Below are positions 20,176 through 29,566 of a stretch of DNA of 64,000 nucleotides, piece by piece. Numbering within the stretch: the first letter of the stretch is position 1; each line of letters starts with the position of its first letter. Made by a program: the position numbers and the translations under genes. The stretch comes from a virus (taxonomy: Duplodnaviria; Heunggongvirae; Uroviricota; Caudoviricetes). The stretch covers positions 27,904-91,903 of the IMG/VR virus record IMGVR_UViG_3300029828_000006; one strand, written 5' to 3'. Under the pieces are notes generated by a model that worked only from the letters and a program-made list of their open reading frames with translations, did no database searches and was not told where the DNA came from.

Positions 20176-23100
20176 TTAATCCTCAAGCAGAGCATCCAGC
20201 GACGGGTCATTAATAGTTGTGCTAGCACGTGGTCGCGGTTGCGGCTGCGATGTTTTGACAACCTTATCCGGATCGCCTTTTGTATTGTTCTTGTTCACAT
20301 TCAGAAGATCGTTCAGGATAGAGCAGATGTTATCCAGCGCCTTCAACATAGCAGGATCGTTATTTATAGTGTCAGTAGTTAATGGTTGTCTTATTCCGCT
20401 TCGTGCGAGGTCTGTTACAGTAGGAAGCTGTGGTGGCAAAGCAAGAAAAGGTTCTTGCACGGCTGACGCAGAGCCAAATATGGCATTATTGGCTTCGTTT
20501 GATATACCTCTAATGCTATCTGCGGTTTGTTGAATACCATTATTCAGCCAACTACCGGCGCTCCTGGTAAGCGGGCTAATAGCCCTGGCAATTGTTGAGT
20601 TCTGCCCAGTAGCCTGATAAACCAAATCATTAACAATGCCAGTGCCATCTACCCCACCAATAAGTTGTGAAACGTTATCGCCAATTGCAGGTAACACAGC
20701 AGAGCTAATACGTTTCAGACCTGTTAATGACGAGTCAAACAAAGAGCCAAGCACCCCCTTATCTTCACCATCAATTACCTTGTATCCATTGTCATAAACT
20801 GGAATCCCCCTTGAGTTTACAGAGATTTTTTCACTCTCTCTTGCCGAAGAAACACCGGAGAGAAGATCCACTGAAGGCATATCGCGTTCAGCTTTTGGTC
20901 TTTTTTGTAAAGCGTCTCTTATATCAGTTACCTGGCTTGCTTTTTGAAATCCAAAAGATTTACCGGTTAAGCTGGATATCTTTTCAGTAAGAGCCTGATC
21001 CATTCCTTTCGCTTTTTCGGAAAGCGAAGATATAGAACCAAACGAAGTCGCCGACGCAAAATCCTTAATCAGGCCAAGGCTTGTACCAGCAATGCTGGTA
21101 GCCGCACCTCCAAATAAATTACCTACCCCGCTGTCATTTATAGCGATTAATCTCTCAAGCAGACTTGATGGCGAGCCAGTATTAACATCAACATTCTCTG
21201 GATTAATCGGTTGCGATTGATTGCCTGTTTTTTGTGGCTTTTTGACTGTCTGAGCATGTTGTGCAACCTCAATTGGCTGTTGTGTTGCTGTCGGAACGGC
21301 ATTCAAAACTGGTTGAGCTGGAGATTTTCCATTAGCATATTTTACCTTGCGACCAACACTATATTGCGAATCGCGGGCAATTAGCTGACCACCATTTTCT
21401 TTCTGAATTTTATTAATCCGCGCCAATGTTTCGTCAGAGAATTGTCCCTCCCATCGACCAGTATTTGTGTTAAATGCCCCAAGAGCATTCTTTATGAACT
21501 CATTGTTAACCGCCGGGTTTCCACCTTCTTTCGTCGCTATTGCACGAACTAATTGCGTCATAACCTCTGGGTTGCTGACGTCTATTTTTTCATTAGGCGA
21601 GACGCCAAGATATTTGCTGACGTTATCAATATATTGATTAGTATTGTTCTCCTTTGGGGGTGCCCATTTGGAAATAATACTGGATACCGTCTGTAGCTTC
21701 TGATACCCAGCAGCGGCGCTGGTGCCGTTGTAATAGCTTGACACCTGGTTTGCCAGCGCCCTGATCCCTTCTTCAGGCGTGTTAAATCGCGCAAAACGTT
21801 GTTCACCTTTTGCATTTGGTGCTTCCAGCGTCGCCCCTTCCTGATTAGCGAAAACAAGGTTGCCGAGATTATTATTCCGGTAATTGCGGTTTTTAGCGTT
21901 GCTGCCACCAATATTCAGATCCGCTGCAATGGTGTTGCTGGTAGGGGCATTAAATTCAGCCGGGGAAGTATACCCGTGCTCACCAACACCATCTTCACCA
22001 TCACGCCCGCCTTGTAGCTGCTCACCTAAAGAATGAATCGCATCGACAGTTTTTTTGGTGCCGTCTTCAACAGCTTTTTTTACTTGTTTTGTGTTTTCGT
22101 CAGTGGATAAAAATGTATCCTTAAGGCTACCAAAAACAGATTTGGTGATATCTACCGCGCCGTTAACACCACGAGCAATATCTCCGGTATCAAAATTCTG
22201 AAGTTTTTCACCTGCTCTTTCAAATCCTAGCGCAGAAATTCCTTTCCCTATCAAGTTTGTTGCGCCCGACACCAAGCCCCCCATATCGAGCACATTAGCT
22301 GTTGCGTAAGCCGTTTTTTGCTGTTCGGATACAGCATCATCGTCACTTAAACCAAAGGCTGCCTTTTGCGCCTCTGTATCTGTGTAACCATCTATGGCGT
22401 CATATCCAGCCATTGCCAGCGAACCGATGATAGGGACCGCTCTCGCCGCTGTGGATGCTGCTGATTTAACTCCTATTTTTGCAGCACTTTTGAGGGCTAC
22501 AGATTCAGTTTTTTTCTTTGCAATGGCTTCGCCGGTTTTAATGGTGGCATCTTCAGCCACAACACCAGCTGACTTCACGGCCTTAGCAGTATTTTTTGTT
22601 TCCTTTGCAATCCCCTTTGATGTATCGCTGATAGTGCTTACATCTTTGGGTTTACTGATCTTATTTTTAACTACTTTTGCTGCTCCGACACCAGTGCCAG
22701 CTGCAGCACTACCGGCAGCAACTTTTTCGCCAACGGAGAGTGCTTTTTTCCCAAGATTGCGACCTTTCCTTTTCGATTTATTCCGTTTATTTTTTCCCGT
22801 TTGATCACCAATATTGATTTTATTTCTTCTGCTTGCTCGATTTTTCCAGAGATCACTTAAGCCGAACTTATTTCCAGAAGACACTGATTTCCGAAGCTTA
22901 ACTATCTCGTCAGAAACATTTTCCAGACCATCAATTATTTTGTTGTCATTGGTCTGAAGGATTTTGGTTTGCTCTTCTACTGCTTGTGCGGATTTTGTCT
23001 CAACAGCGTTATTAAACGCTTTTGCAGATGTTGCTTTTTGAGAATTCACCGCCGCCGGATAAGTAATTACTGGTGATATTGCTTTCGAGGTTGATGTTTC

Positions 23101-23958
23101 TTTTTTCCCCTTTTCTACCCATTCTTTAAGAGATTCTGCTTTACCTGTGATCTCTTTAGTTATGTCGTACATGCCACGAGCCGCCATCCATAACGGCCCA
23201 CCAGCACCGACACCAGCTGCATTTGTTAAAGACTCTTCACTGGAAGACTGATTGCCATCTACCCCCATAATGGAACCTAGCTTTCTGAGAAAGCCAGCTT
23301 GTAATTTTGCGTCGGCTTTACGTGCGTTCTGCAATTCTTTTTTTCTGGCTACATCCTCATTGCTTTTTTGGGATACAAAACGTCCATTACTATCCCGCAG
23401 CGGGCCTTTTAGACTTTGGGGGGATTGTGGTTCAAGAGGGGCTGAATTAGCAGCTACCGGTATAAAACCGTCCGATTTTCGGATGGTCTGACGTGATTGC
23501 ACGGAGCGAACACTTTCTGGTGTGTTCGTTGCAACGATAGAGCGGTCCACGGTTTGGTTTATCGGTGCCCTTTCCTTTTTAGCAGGGAGACGTTTTTTAT
23601 ATGGGTTAGTTTGGACATCTCTAACGCTATCAGATGTACTTTGCTCGTAGTCTTTACGCCTGCGTGATAGTCTGTTGCTAACTCTGCCTTGCCTTTCGTC
23701 CTGTTGAGTTATGGTGCTTGCCCCAGAAAGAATGGCGTCTTTTACCTCAGCAAGAGCTTTAAGTTCGTTTGTGCTCGCCTCCTGAATAGCGTCAATTATT
23801 GCGATACGGTCTTTATTCTCTTTCAAAATAACCTCTCTTTTACCAGCGCGATCAACGTTTCCCAGCTTGAGCTTTGTATTTTTCTTCCAGGGCTTTTGAC
23901 ATATGGAGTGCTCGCCATTGCGGTAATTGTTCAACGTCGCTAACGGGCTGATATCCAT
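20176..23958 (-). CDS. giant tail internal/injection protein (P1 Sit-like; tape-measure candidate)
   Basis: 1260 aa, Lys/Ala-rich N-terminal half, C-terminal globular domain; located where P1 sit lies; no classic SLT motif recognised. Confidence 0.5.
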   Translation of the reverse strand: MDISPLATLNNYRNGEHSICQKPWKKNTKLKLGNVDRAGKREVILKENKDRIAIIDAIQEASTNELKALAEVKDAILSGASTITQQDERQGRVSNRLSRRRKDYEQSTSDSVRDVQTNPYKKRLPAKKERAPINQTVDRSIVATNTPESVRSVQSRQTIRKSDGFIPVAANSAPLEPQSPQSLKGPLRDSNGRFVSQKSNEDVARKKELQNARKADAKLQAGFLRKLGSIMGVDGNQSSSEESLTNAAGVGAGGPLWMAARGMYDITKEITGKAESLKEWVEKGKKETSTSKAISPVITYPAAVNSQKATSAKAFNNAVETKSAQAVEEQTKILQTNDNKIIDGLENVSDEIVKLRKSVSSGNKFGLSDLWKNRASRRNKINIGDQTGKNKRNKSKRKGRNLGKKALSVGEKVAAGSAAAGTGVGAAKVVKNKISKPKDVSTISDTSKGIAKETKNTAKAVKSAGVVAEDATIKTGEAIAKKKTESVALKSAAKIGVKSAASTAARAVPIIGSLAMAGYDAIDGYTDTEAQKAAFGLSDDDAVSEQQKTAYATANVLDMGGLVSGATNLIGKGISALGFERAGEKLQNFDTGDIARGVNGAVDITKSVFGSLKDTFLSTDENTKQVKKAVEDGTKKTVDAIHSLGEQLQGGRDGEDGVGEHGYTSPAEFNAPTSNTIAADLNIGGSNAKNRNYRNNNLGNLVFANQEGATLEAPNAKGEQRFARFNTPEEGIRALANQVSSYYNGTSAAAGYQKLQTVSSIISKWAPPKENNTNQYIDNVSKYLGVSPNEKIDVSNPEVMTQLVRAIATKEGGNPAVNNEFIKNALGAFNTNTGRWEGQFSDETLARINKIQKENGGQLIARDSQYSVGRKVKYANGKSPAQPVLNAVPTATQQPIEVAQHAQTVKKPQKTGNQSQPINPENVDVNTGSPSSLLERLIAINDSGVGNLFGGAATSIAGTSLGLIKDFASATSFGSISSLSEKAKGMDQALTEKISSLTGKSFGFQKASQVTDIRDALQKRPKAERDMPSVDLLSGVSSARESEKISVNSRGIPVYDNGYKVIDGEDKGVLGSLFDSSLTGLKRISSAVLPAIGDNVSQLIGGVDGTGIVNDLVYQATGQNSTIARAISPLTRSAGSWLNNGIQQTADSIRGISNEANNAIFGSASAVQEPFLALPPQLPTVTDLARSGIRQPLTTDTINNDPAMLKALDNICSILNDLLNVNKNNTKGDPDKVVKTSQPQPRPRASTTINDPSLDALLED

Positions 23959-23972
23959 ATAGAGTCAGGTTG

Positions 23973-24794
23973 TTAATAATGGTTAGCCATCCATTCAGAT
24001 CTAATTGATGGGATAAACTCTCTATTGAGAAAGGGGACGTACAGTGTGGTTGTCACATCTGCACCCTCCTTAGCGTTTTTGCAATGTTGCGGAGGCAGGA
24101 TCAGTCGGCTTGTGCCTCTCTCAATAGACATTTTCAGGCCGTGGCGTAGGTCTTTTTGCATAAGCTGTATGCGAGCCACAAGCGGTGTAAACTCGGTTTC
24201 AAGCGCCATGCTTTCAATAATGTCAAAGCGTCGGTTAGCGGCCTGCGTGAAGTCCTCCGGATCGTCTTCAAGCGCCGTGCATAAAGCGAGTTCAGCAATC
24301 CGCATCCGTGCCACGCCAGCACTGTATTCGGGGCTTTTCATATCAGGAAGTGACGCTCGCATTCGTTCAAGGAGTTCCGCGCCTTTCCCGGTTAATGGTT
24401 TAAGTATCCAGTCAGTTGGTACTCCATTTACTGGTACGTTGGTTTTCACGTAAGGAGGTACAGTGAGTATTTCTACTGTTTGGGCCAGGTCGCTCAGGTT
24501 AATATCTGCATGATGCGTATTACCGCAGTGACTGCACTCATAGGAGTAGGTCATTACTGCATCGGGGCGCGAATTAATAAATATCCACCAAAGAGCAGTT
24601 CTGCGATCCTGAACTGTCCAGTTAGCACTGTCGTTAATTTCACCATCCTGCATAGAGTTAAGGTACTCTGTAGTAGTTGCCTCATCTTCTGCCGGGTTCA
24701 GGTCAGAATATTTCAGCGCATCCTTCACGGTAGGGGCGTGGAACTGAATTTCTGTCTCAGGACGGGAAGGCAATGGGAATTTTGGAATGTTCAA
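23973..24794 (-). CDS. hypothetical tail-operon protein (P1 PmgB-position)
   Basis: 273 aa; first gene of the tail operon. Confidence 0.3.
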   Translation of the reverse strand: MNIPKFPLPSRPETEIQFHAPTVKDALKYSDLNPAEDEATTTEYLNSMQDGEINDSANWTVQDRRTALWWIFINSRPDAVMTYSYECSHCGNTHHADINLSDLAQTVEILTVPPYVKTNVPVNGVPTDWILKPLTGKGAELLERMRASLPDMKSPEYSAGVARMRIAELALCTALEDDPEDFTQAANRRFDIIESMALETEFTPLVARIQLMQKDLRHGLKMSIERGTSRLILPPQHCKNAKEGADVTTTLYVPFLNREFIPSIRSEWMANHY

Positions 24795-24869
24795 TTATTC
24801 CTCCGAAAAGCAGGTATCTGTTCATTTTCCAGAGGATAGGGAGTGTGTGATTTGCGATGGGGATTGAAT

Positions 24870-25160
24870 GAAGATCTTTGCTGGTCGAGAAGCGATTATT
24901 GAGGGTGATTTTTACACCTTAAGTGACGCTACTCACATATCCACAGAGTATTTTTATAAACCTTTTTCCATTTTTAATCCTTTTTAGATCCTTTTTAGGC
25001 GTCGCTGGAGCCAGTAGTGGCGCGGGCTGTAGAGGAGGCTGGTGTAAGATTTGCCCTCAATTAAATACGATCGGTGTAAGATTTGCCCTCAAAAGGTGTA
25101 AGATTTGCCCTCAAAAGGTGTAGTAATTGCCCTCAAAGTGATGTAAAAATTGCCCTCACC
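24870..25160. promoter_or_regulatory. plasmid replication origin region (oriV): GATC sites, DnaA-box-like ATATCCACA, AT-rich tract, iterons
   Basis: GATC at 24873 and 24987; ATATCCACA at 24937-24945; inverted iteron 24899-24918; direct iterons 25041-25158 end just upstream of repA. Confidence 0.6.
25041..25158. repeat. five direct iterons (GGTGTAAGATTTGCCCTCAA, ~22-bp spacing)
   Basis: Exact copies at 25041, 25073, 25095; degenerate copies at 25117 and 25138. Confidence 0.85.
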
Positions 25161-25182
25161 ATTTGAAGGATCACACAGGGTT

Positions 25183-25938
25183 ATGAACAGAGCGGAATTA
25201 ACAGCAAAAGCCGTCAGCCTGATTGAGTCAGCGACACCTATTAGTCGTAGTTTGGCACAAGCCAATGAGATCACGGAGGCTGCTTATCACCTGACTCGCG
25301 ACCAAAAGCGACTGTTGTTTATTGTGGTGGGAAGACTTCGCTATGCTTCTAAGGATGGCGTTCTTGGTTCAGGTGCCTGTGAGTTGACGGTCAACGAATA
25401 TGCAGAGATGTATAATTTGCCCTCTGCTGAAGCCAGCAAGGATATTCGTAAGGCCATTTCAGGGCTTAGCGAGAAGAAAGTTACGATATATAACCCTGAT
25501 GAATCGACCGAATCAGAAGACAGTTATGAGTCTTATCCTTGGATGATTAAGGATGCCTATTCACCACGGCGCGGGACTTACATTATTCATCTTAATCCAT
25601 ATCTCATGCCGTTTTTTACTCTGCTTGATAAGAGATTCACAAGGCTGAATTTTACCGAAGTATCTCGCCTTACAAATCCTTATTCTATGCGGCTTTATGA
25701 GTCCTTATGCCAGTACAGGAAGGATGATGGAAGCGGCTTTGCCATACTTGGCGTCGAATGGATGCGGGAGCGTTATGGGTTACCAAAAAGCTATCAGCGG
25801 TATGCCGAATTTAAGAGAAGTTTTTTAACGAAGGCTGTAGCAGAGATTGAAAAAAATACAAAAATGAAAATAGTCTTCTCAGAGGTGACGGAAGGCGGCA
25901 AAGTTACCAGGATAAAATTTACCTATCAGCAGTCTTAA
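25183..25938 (+). CDS. repA: iteron-binding plasmid replication initiator (Rep_3 family RepA)
   Basis: Flanked by iteron arrays on both sides; track ORF starts at TTG 25150 inside the last iteron, ATG 25183 preferred. Confidence 0.7.
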   Translation: MNRAELTAKAVSLIESATPISRSLAQANEITEAAYHLTRDQKRLLFIVVGRLRYASKDGVLGSGACELTVNEYAEMYNLPSAEASKDIRKAISGLSEKKVTIYNPDESTESEDSYESYPWMIKDAYSPRRGTYIIHLNPYLMPFFTLLDKRFTRLNFTEVSRLTNPYSMRLYESLCQYRKDDGSGFAILGVEWMRERYGLPKSYQRYAEFKRSFLTKAVAEIEKNTKMKIVFSEVTEGGKVTRIKFTYQQS

Positions 25939-25939
25939 G

Positions 25940-26273
25940 GGCAATTTTTACACCCCTCTCAAGGTGTAGAATTTGCCCTTAACGATCGGCAATTGAGGGC
26001 AATTTTTACATCTTAATTGCATGTATCTTGTTATTAGCAAGTTGTGTTTTTATATAACGTATTGATATGTAAGGACTATGTAAAAATCGCCCTCAACCAA
26101 TATCGTGCGTATCGTGCATTCTTATTGCGCTTTTTTATTATCATTCACTGTGTTAACTGATTGATATTATTGAAATGTGTAAAGAATGCCTTCATTACAG
26201 ATGAATTGATGATGTAAAAAATGCCCTCAAAATTGCGCTACCTTCCCTACCCGCTATCGTTGAGGGCGTGGGT
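25940..26273. repeat. downstream iteron array (incA-like), mixed orientation
   Basis: Iteron-like units at 25940, 25963, 25994, 26079, 26212, 26259. Confidence 0.7.
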
Positions 26274-26319
26274 GCTGACGGGAAATGAGCAACCCTCCAG
26301 CACACATAATTAAAGCTAT

Positions 26320-27027
26320 TCAGAATTTGATCACTCCACTCACAGCCCCCTTTAACGCACTTGTAGCCATGCCAGCGGCACCGTTGACCAAAGCAGAAAC
26401 ACCTGAGCCTGCGGATGTGTATTTCTGGAAAGTGATTGGGTATGACAAGAACTCTGACACCTGATCACGTGAGCGTGTGATTTCCCCAAGTTGCGTAGGA
26501 AATACGCGCATTTCTTCTTCCAGTTCTTTTCCGCCGTCCTGAGTCACCCGGTAGACACGGATTTTCATCAGATATTCAGGAGGAAGGTTTATTGTTCCAT
26601 CAGGATTTGTTACACGAGAACGACGCTCTTTGAACCAGTCCATGATCTTGCCATCTTCGGTATCCCTCACGGTCATAGTGACCGGTCCGGCGCTAACATA
26701 GGTTGGCTTGCTGAATTCTACGCTGCCGATCACCTTGCTTTCTGTCTCAATGTTTCCACTGCTGTAGGTGATATCCTTCACGAACATATCGAAGCCGTTC
26801 AGGCCATCCACTTCAACGGTCCACTGCCACCCCTGGGCGTAACGGATACGCATAGCGGCAGCAACAATATTTTTCCCGTAGGCAATATCGCTACTGTAAT
26901 TCCCGCTTACCCCGCCGCCTGATATGGCTTTATCAAGAATGTCGCTAATGAGGTTGCTGGTGAATGATTTCGTGTTAAATGACAATGCGGTGGTCAACAT
27001 TCTACCAACGCTGCTGAAAATACTCAC
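26320..27027 (-). CDS. hypothetical late/virion protein
   Basis: 235 aa, last gene of late operon. Confidence 0.3.
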   Translation of the reverse strand: MSIFSSVGRMLTTALSFNTKSFTSNLISDILDKAISGGGVSGNYSSDIAYGKNIVAAAMRIRYAQGWQWTVEVDGLNGFDMFVKDITYSSGNIETESKVIGSVEFSKPTYVSAGPVTMTVRDTEDGKIMDWFKERRSRVTNPDGTINLPPEYLMKIRVYRVTQDGGKELEEEMRVFPTQLGEITRSRDQVSEFLSYPITFQKYTSAGSGVSALVNGAAGMATSALKGAVSGVIKF

Positions 27028-27042
27028 TCTGCGCCTCCAGCG

Positions 27043-27594
27043 TTAAAAAATGGTAGCCCCCGGAATAATGGCCCGGTTTGAGGACATTTTTTCCTCAATC
27101 TCCTGCACGCGGGCATATAGCGTGGCTTCATCGGGCAGATCGGAGTAGTCAAATTTCCCGTCGATGGACGCTCTACGCTGCCGGGCGACATTTCTTACAT
27201 TGATAAGCGCCTCCAGATATTCCTCCAGCATTCCAATGATTGCAGGAGGCACTTGCCATTCATCCAGCTCTCTGTCGCGTAGATTAACCAGATACAGCAT
27301 TCGAAAAGGCCAGCGTTCTGAACCTGTTAGTTCTAATTCAATAAATCCGGATAATTCATCCGAATAGACCAACAAGCCGTTGTTGTCGGTAACATGAACC
27401 AGAGAGAGATAATCTTCTGGCAACGGGATTGCAGTACCACCAGCTTTTTCAAGTTTTAACGTTTTCACTACCCCTGCCCTGTCCTGATACGTGGTCAGAG
27501 CTTTGATCAGGAATGCTTTCAACGTTTCTTCTTCACGCACAAGCAGCGGATTAAATCGCTCTTTAACGCTTTCTAATAATTCAATTGGTGTCAT
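27043..27594 (-). CDS. hypothetical late/virion protein
   Basis: 183 aa. Confidence 0.3.
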   Translation of the reverse strand: MTPIELLESVKERFNPLLVREEETLKAFLIKALTTYQDRAGVVKTLKLEKAGGTAIPLPEDYLSLVHVTDNNGLLVYSDELSGFIELELTGSERWPFRMLYLVNLRDRELDEWQVPPAIIGMLEEYLEALINVRNVARQRRASIDGKFDYSDLPDEATLYARVQEIEEKMSSNRAIIPGATIF

Positions 27595-27648
27595 TGTTGC
27601 CTACAACTCAATAACAAGGATGTTCCCGCCACAAGGGCGGGATAGGGA

Positions 27649-28140
27649 TTATTCCGCCCAGTTGTAAACAATGCGCAGGGAAGGTTTAACGACCGCCGTT
27701 ACGTCTTCGGATGAGAAGTCCACGGCGTCGGAATACACTTTGCAATGAGAATATGTGCGGATCAGACCTTTATGGTTACCGCTATTCGATTCAGCCGCCG
27801 CCTGTAAGGTAATTTCCAGATATTCTTTTCCGTATACCATCTGTTTTACAGCGGCGAGAACTGCGCCTTCGATAGTTTCCGCGCATGTGACCTGAAATTC
27901 ACCAGAGTTGCGTAATGGTCCGTGCTGGTTGAATTTCATGCCACCAGGGGCGTAATCCTCCACATCTTCACGTGTCATTTCTGGTAACTGAGCTGTACGA
28001 ACTAGTACAGACAGATGTTCGTAACCCTTAATGGTCATCCAATATTCAGAACCAATAAGTTTTTCGCCTGCAGCCAGGTTTTTATTAAACCGGGATTTTA
28101 GAAAGGCCATATCGGCTTTTGTATTTGCAAAACCGGACAT
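27649..28140 (-). CDS. tail tube protein candidate
   Basis: 163 aa, size and position downstream of sheath gene typical of myovirus tube proteins. Confidence 0.35.
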   Translation of the reverse strand: MSGFANTKADMAFLKSRFNKNLAAGEKLIGSEYWMTIKGYEHLSVLVRTAQLPEMTREDVEDYAPGGMKFNQHGPLRNSGEFQVTCAETIEGAVLAAVKQMVYGKEYLEITLQAAAESNSGNHKGLIRTYSHCKVYSDAVDFSSEDVTAVVKPSLRIVYNWAE

Positions 28141-28148
28141 AAATACTC

Positions 28149-28739
28149 CTACACAAAAACAGATGAGATATTGCTACGGTTGATCGATGTGTTACCGCTG
28201 CATTGCAGGGTTACCGTGTTATGAGTGAAATAGCCTTCCGGTGTGCGCGGGGCGTCCAGTTGGTAACTCACGCTTTTGATAACAACGTCGGTAAGGGCTA
28301 TGTTCCTACCTATGTTTAACGTTACTGTCTCCGGGCGACGACCGAATGGCGCTACATTGTTCAGTTCCGGCGATTCCATCTTCAGCAATGCTGTAATGGC
28401 TGCGTTCACTTCAAGTTGCGCGTTCGTTGTCGCCATGAAATCAATTACCAGATTAAATTCAGGCGGTTGCTGACCTTCCCAAACAAGCATTGAGTTGAAG
28501 AGGGTTTTTGTTGTTACGCCGGTTGCGGTCTGAAGCGTATCTGCAAGAGAGCCAGCCGCAGCGCTAATACCGCCAAGCAAACCTCCTACTGACTGGTTTT
28601 CAAATGGTGATTGCCACATTGATGACAGTTCTGCGGTAGATCCTTCACCGATATAACCGACGACCATATCCTCTGAAGAGAGGATATAAACCTTCATTAA
28701 CGGACTTATTCCGTCAGGCATTATCGCGCCGCAAATCAA
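28149..28739 (-). CDS. hypothetical late/virion protein
   Basis: 196 aa. Confidence 0.3.
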   Translation of the reverse strand: MICGAIMPDGISPLMKVYILSSEDMVVGYIGEGSTAELSSMWQSPFENQSVGGLLGGISAAAGSLADTLQTATGVTTKTLFNSMLVWEGQQPPEFNLVIDFMATTNAQLEVNAAITALLKMESPELNNVAPFGRRPETVTLNIGRNIALTDVVIKSVSYQLDAPRTPEGYFTHNTVTLQCSGNTSINRSNISSVFV

Positions 28740-28788
28740 ACGCTATTTCTCCCAGGTAGAGGCCACCTTTGCAGGCGGCCTATGTCAC

Positions 28789-29529
28789 TTACAAACCGCG
28801 TTTTTTGCGAATGCGCATTGATTTTTTGCGGTTGATATTCGCTACGGATGTATGTGCTTTGCGGCGTGCTTTTTTCAGCGCCTGTTTTTGCAATGACGTC
28901 ATGCGGCGAGGACGCGGGCGTTTACGGATGATGGTAACCTTGCCATCACGAACCACTTTTTTACGTACCGCTTCCAGCATTGCGCTATCACCACCAGCAA
29001 CGGTGTAAATGGCAATAGCTGTTTCCATCATGTCGGTGTCGCTTTCGGAAAGAGCGTCATAAACACGTTCGGCAGCTGAGTCATCTTCATCGTCGATCAT
29101 TTCGGTTACATCGTCCTGATCAGCGCCAAGCGCAACAGCTGCATCAGCAAGAGCTGCGAGAGCATCGTTATAAGCATCGATTTGCTCATCGGTGAAATCG
29201 GTGTCTTCATCGATATCAGCCAGGCCAGCCATAGTGATTGCTAATGCATCAAATGAGTCAGCCTCCGGATCACCATCTTCAACCCAACCAGCAAGCATGG
29301 AAGCTGCCAGGCTGCGCATATCACCTTGTGCACGGGATTCAACCGCTTCCATCATCGCGGTTTCAATGTCGTCTTTGGGCTTTGGTTGAGTGTCCTTTCC
29401 TTTCTGTCCTGCGCTTTCCAGCATGGCGTTATCATTATTGTCCTGCGTGGATTTATCACCGCTTTCAAAGCAGCCAGAACCGAAAATCGCACGCATAAAA
29501 GGATCAGCAGTATAATTTTTCATATTCAA
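28789..29529 (-). CDS. acidic protein with strongly basic C-terminal tail (scaffold/chaperone-like)
   Basis: 246 aa, D/E-rich body, C-terminal KRPRPRR...RKKRGL. Confidence 0.3.
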   Translation of the reverse strand: MNMKNYTADPFMRAIFGSGCFESGDKSTQDNNDNAMLESAGQKGKDTQPKPKDDIETAMMEAVESRAQGDMRSLAASMLAGWVEDGDPEADSFDALAITMAGLADIDEDTDFTDEQIDAYNDALAALADAAVALGADQDDVTEMIDDEDDSAAERVYDALSESDTDMMETAIAIYTVAGGDSAMLEAVRKKVVRDGKVTIIRKRPRPRRMTSLQKQALKKARRKAHTSVANINRKKSMRIRKKRGL

Positions 29530-29566
29530 ACCTCTCTCCCCCGCATCATTTAGCGGGGGTTATAAA

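Noticed and set aside
20176-23958. 1260-aa protein as a lytic transglycosylase
   Set aside because: No canonical SLT catalytic motif was recognised by eye; kept as a Sit-like / tape-measure candidate on size and gene order only.
25041-26273. Short direct repeats that could be mistaken for a CRISPR array
   Set aside because: Units are ~20 bp with ~2-bp variable gaps rather than uniform spacers, they occur in both orientations, and they flank a Rep_3-type initiator gene. These are plasmid iterons.
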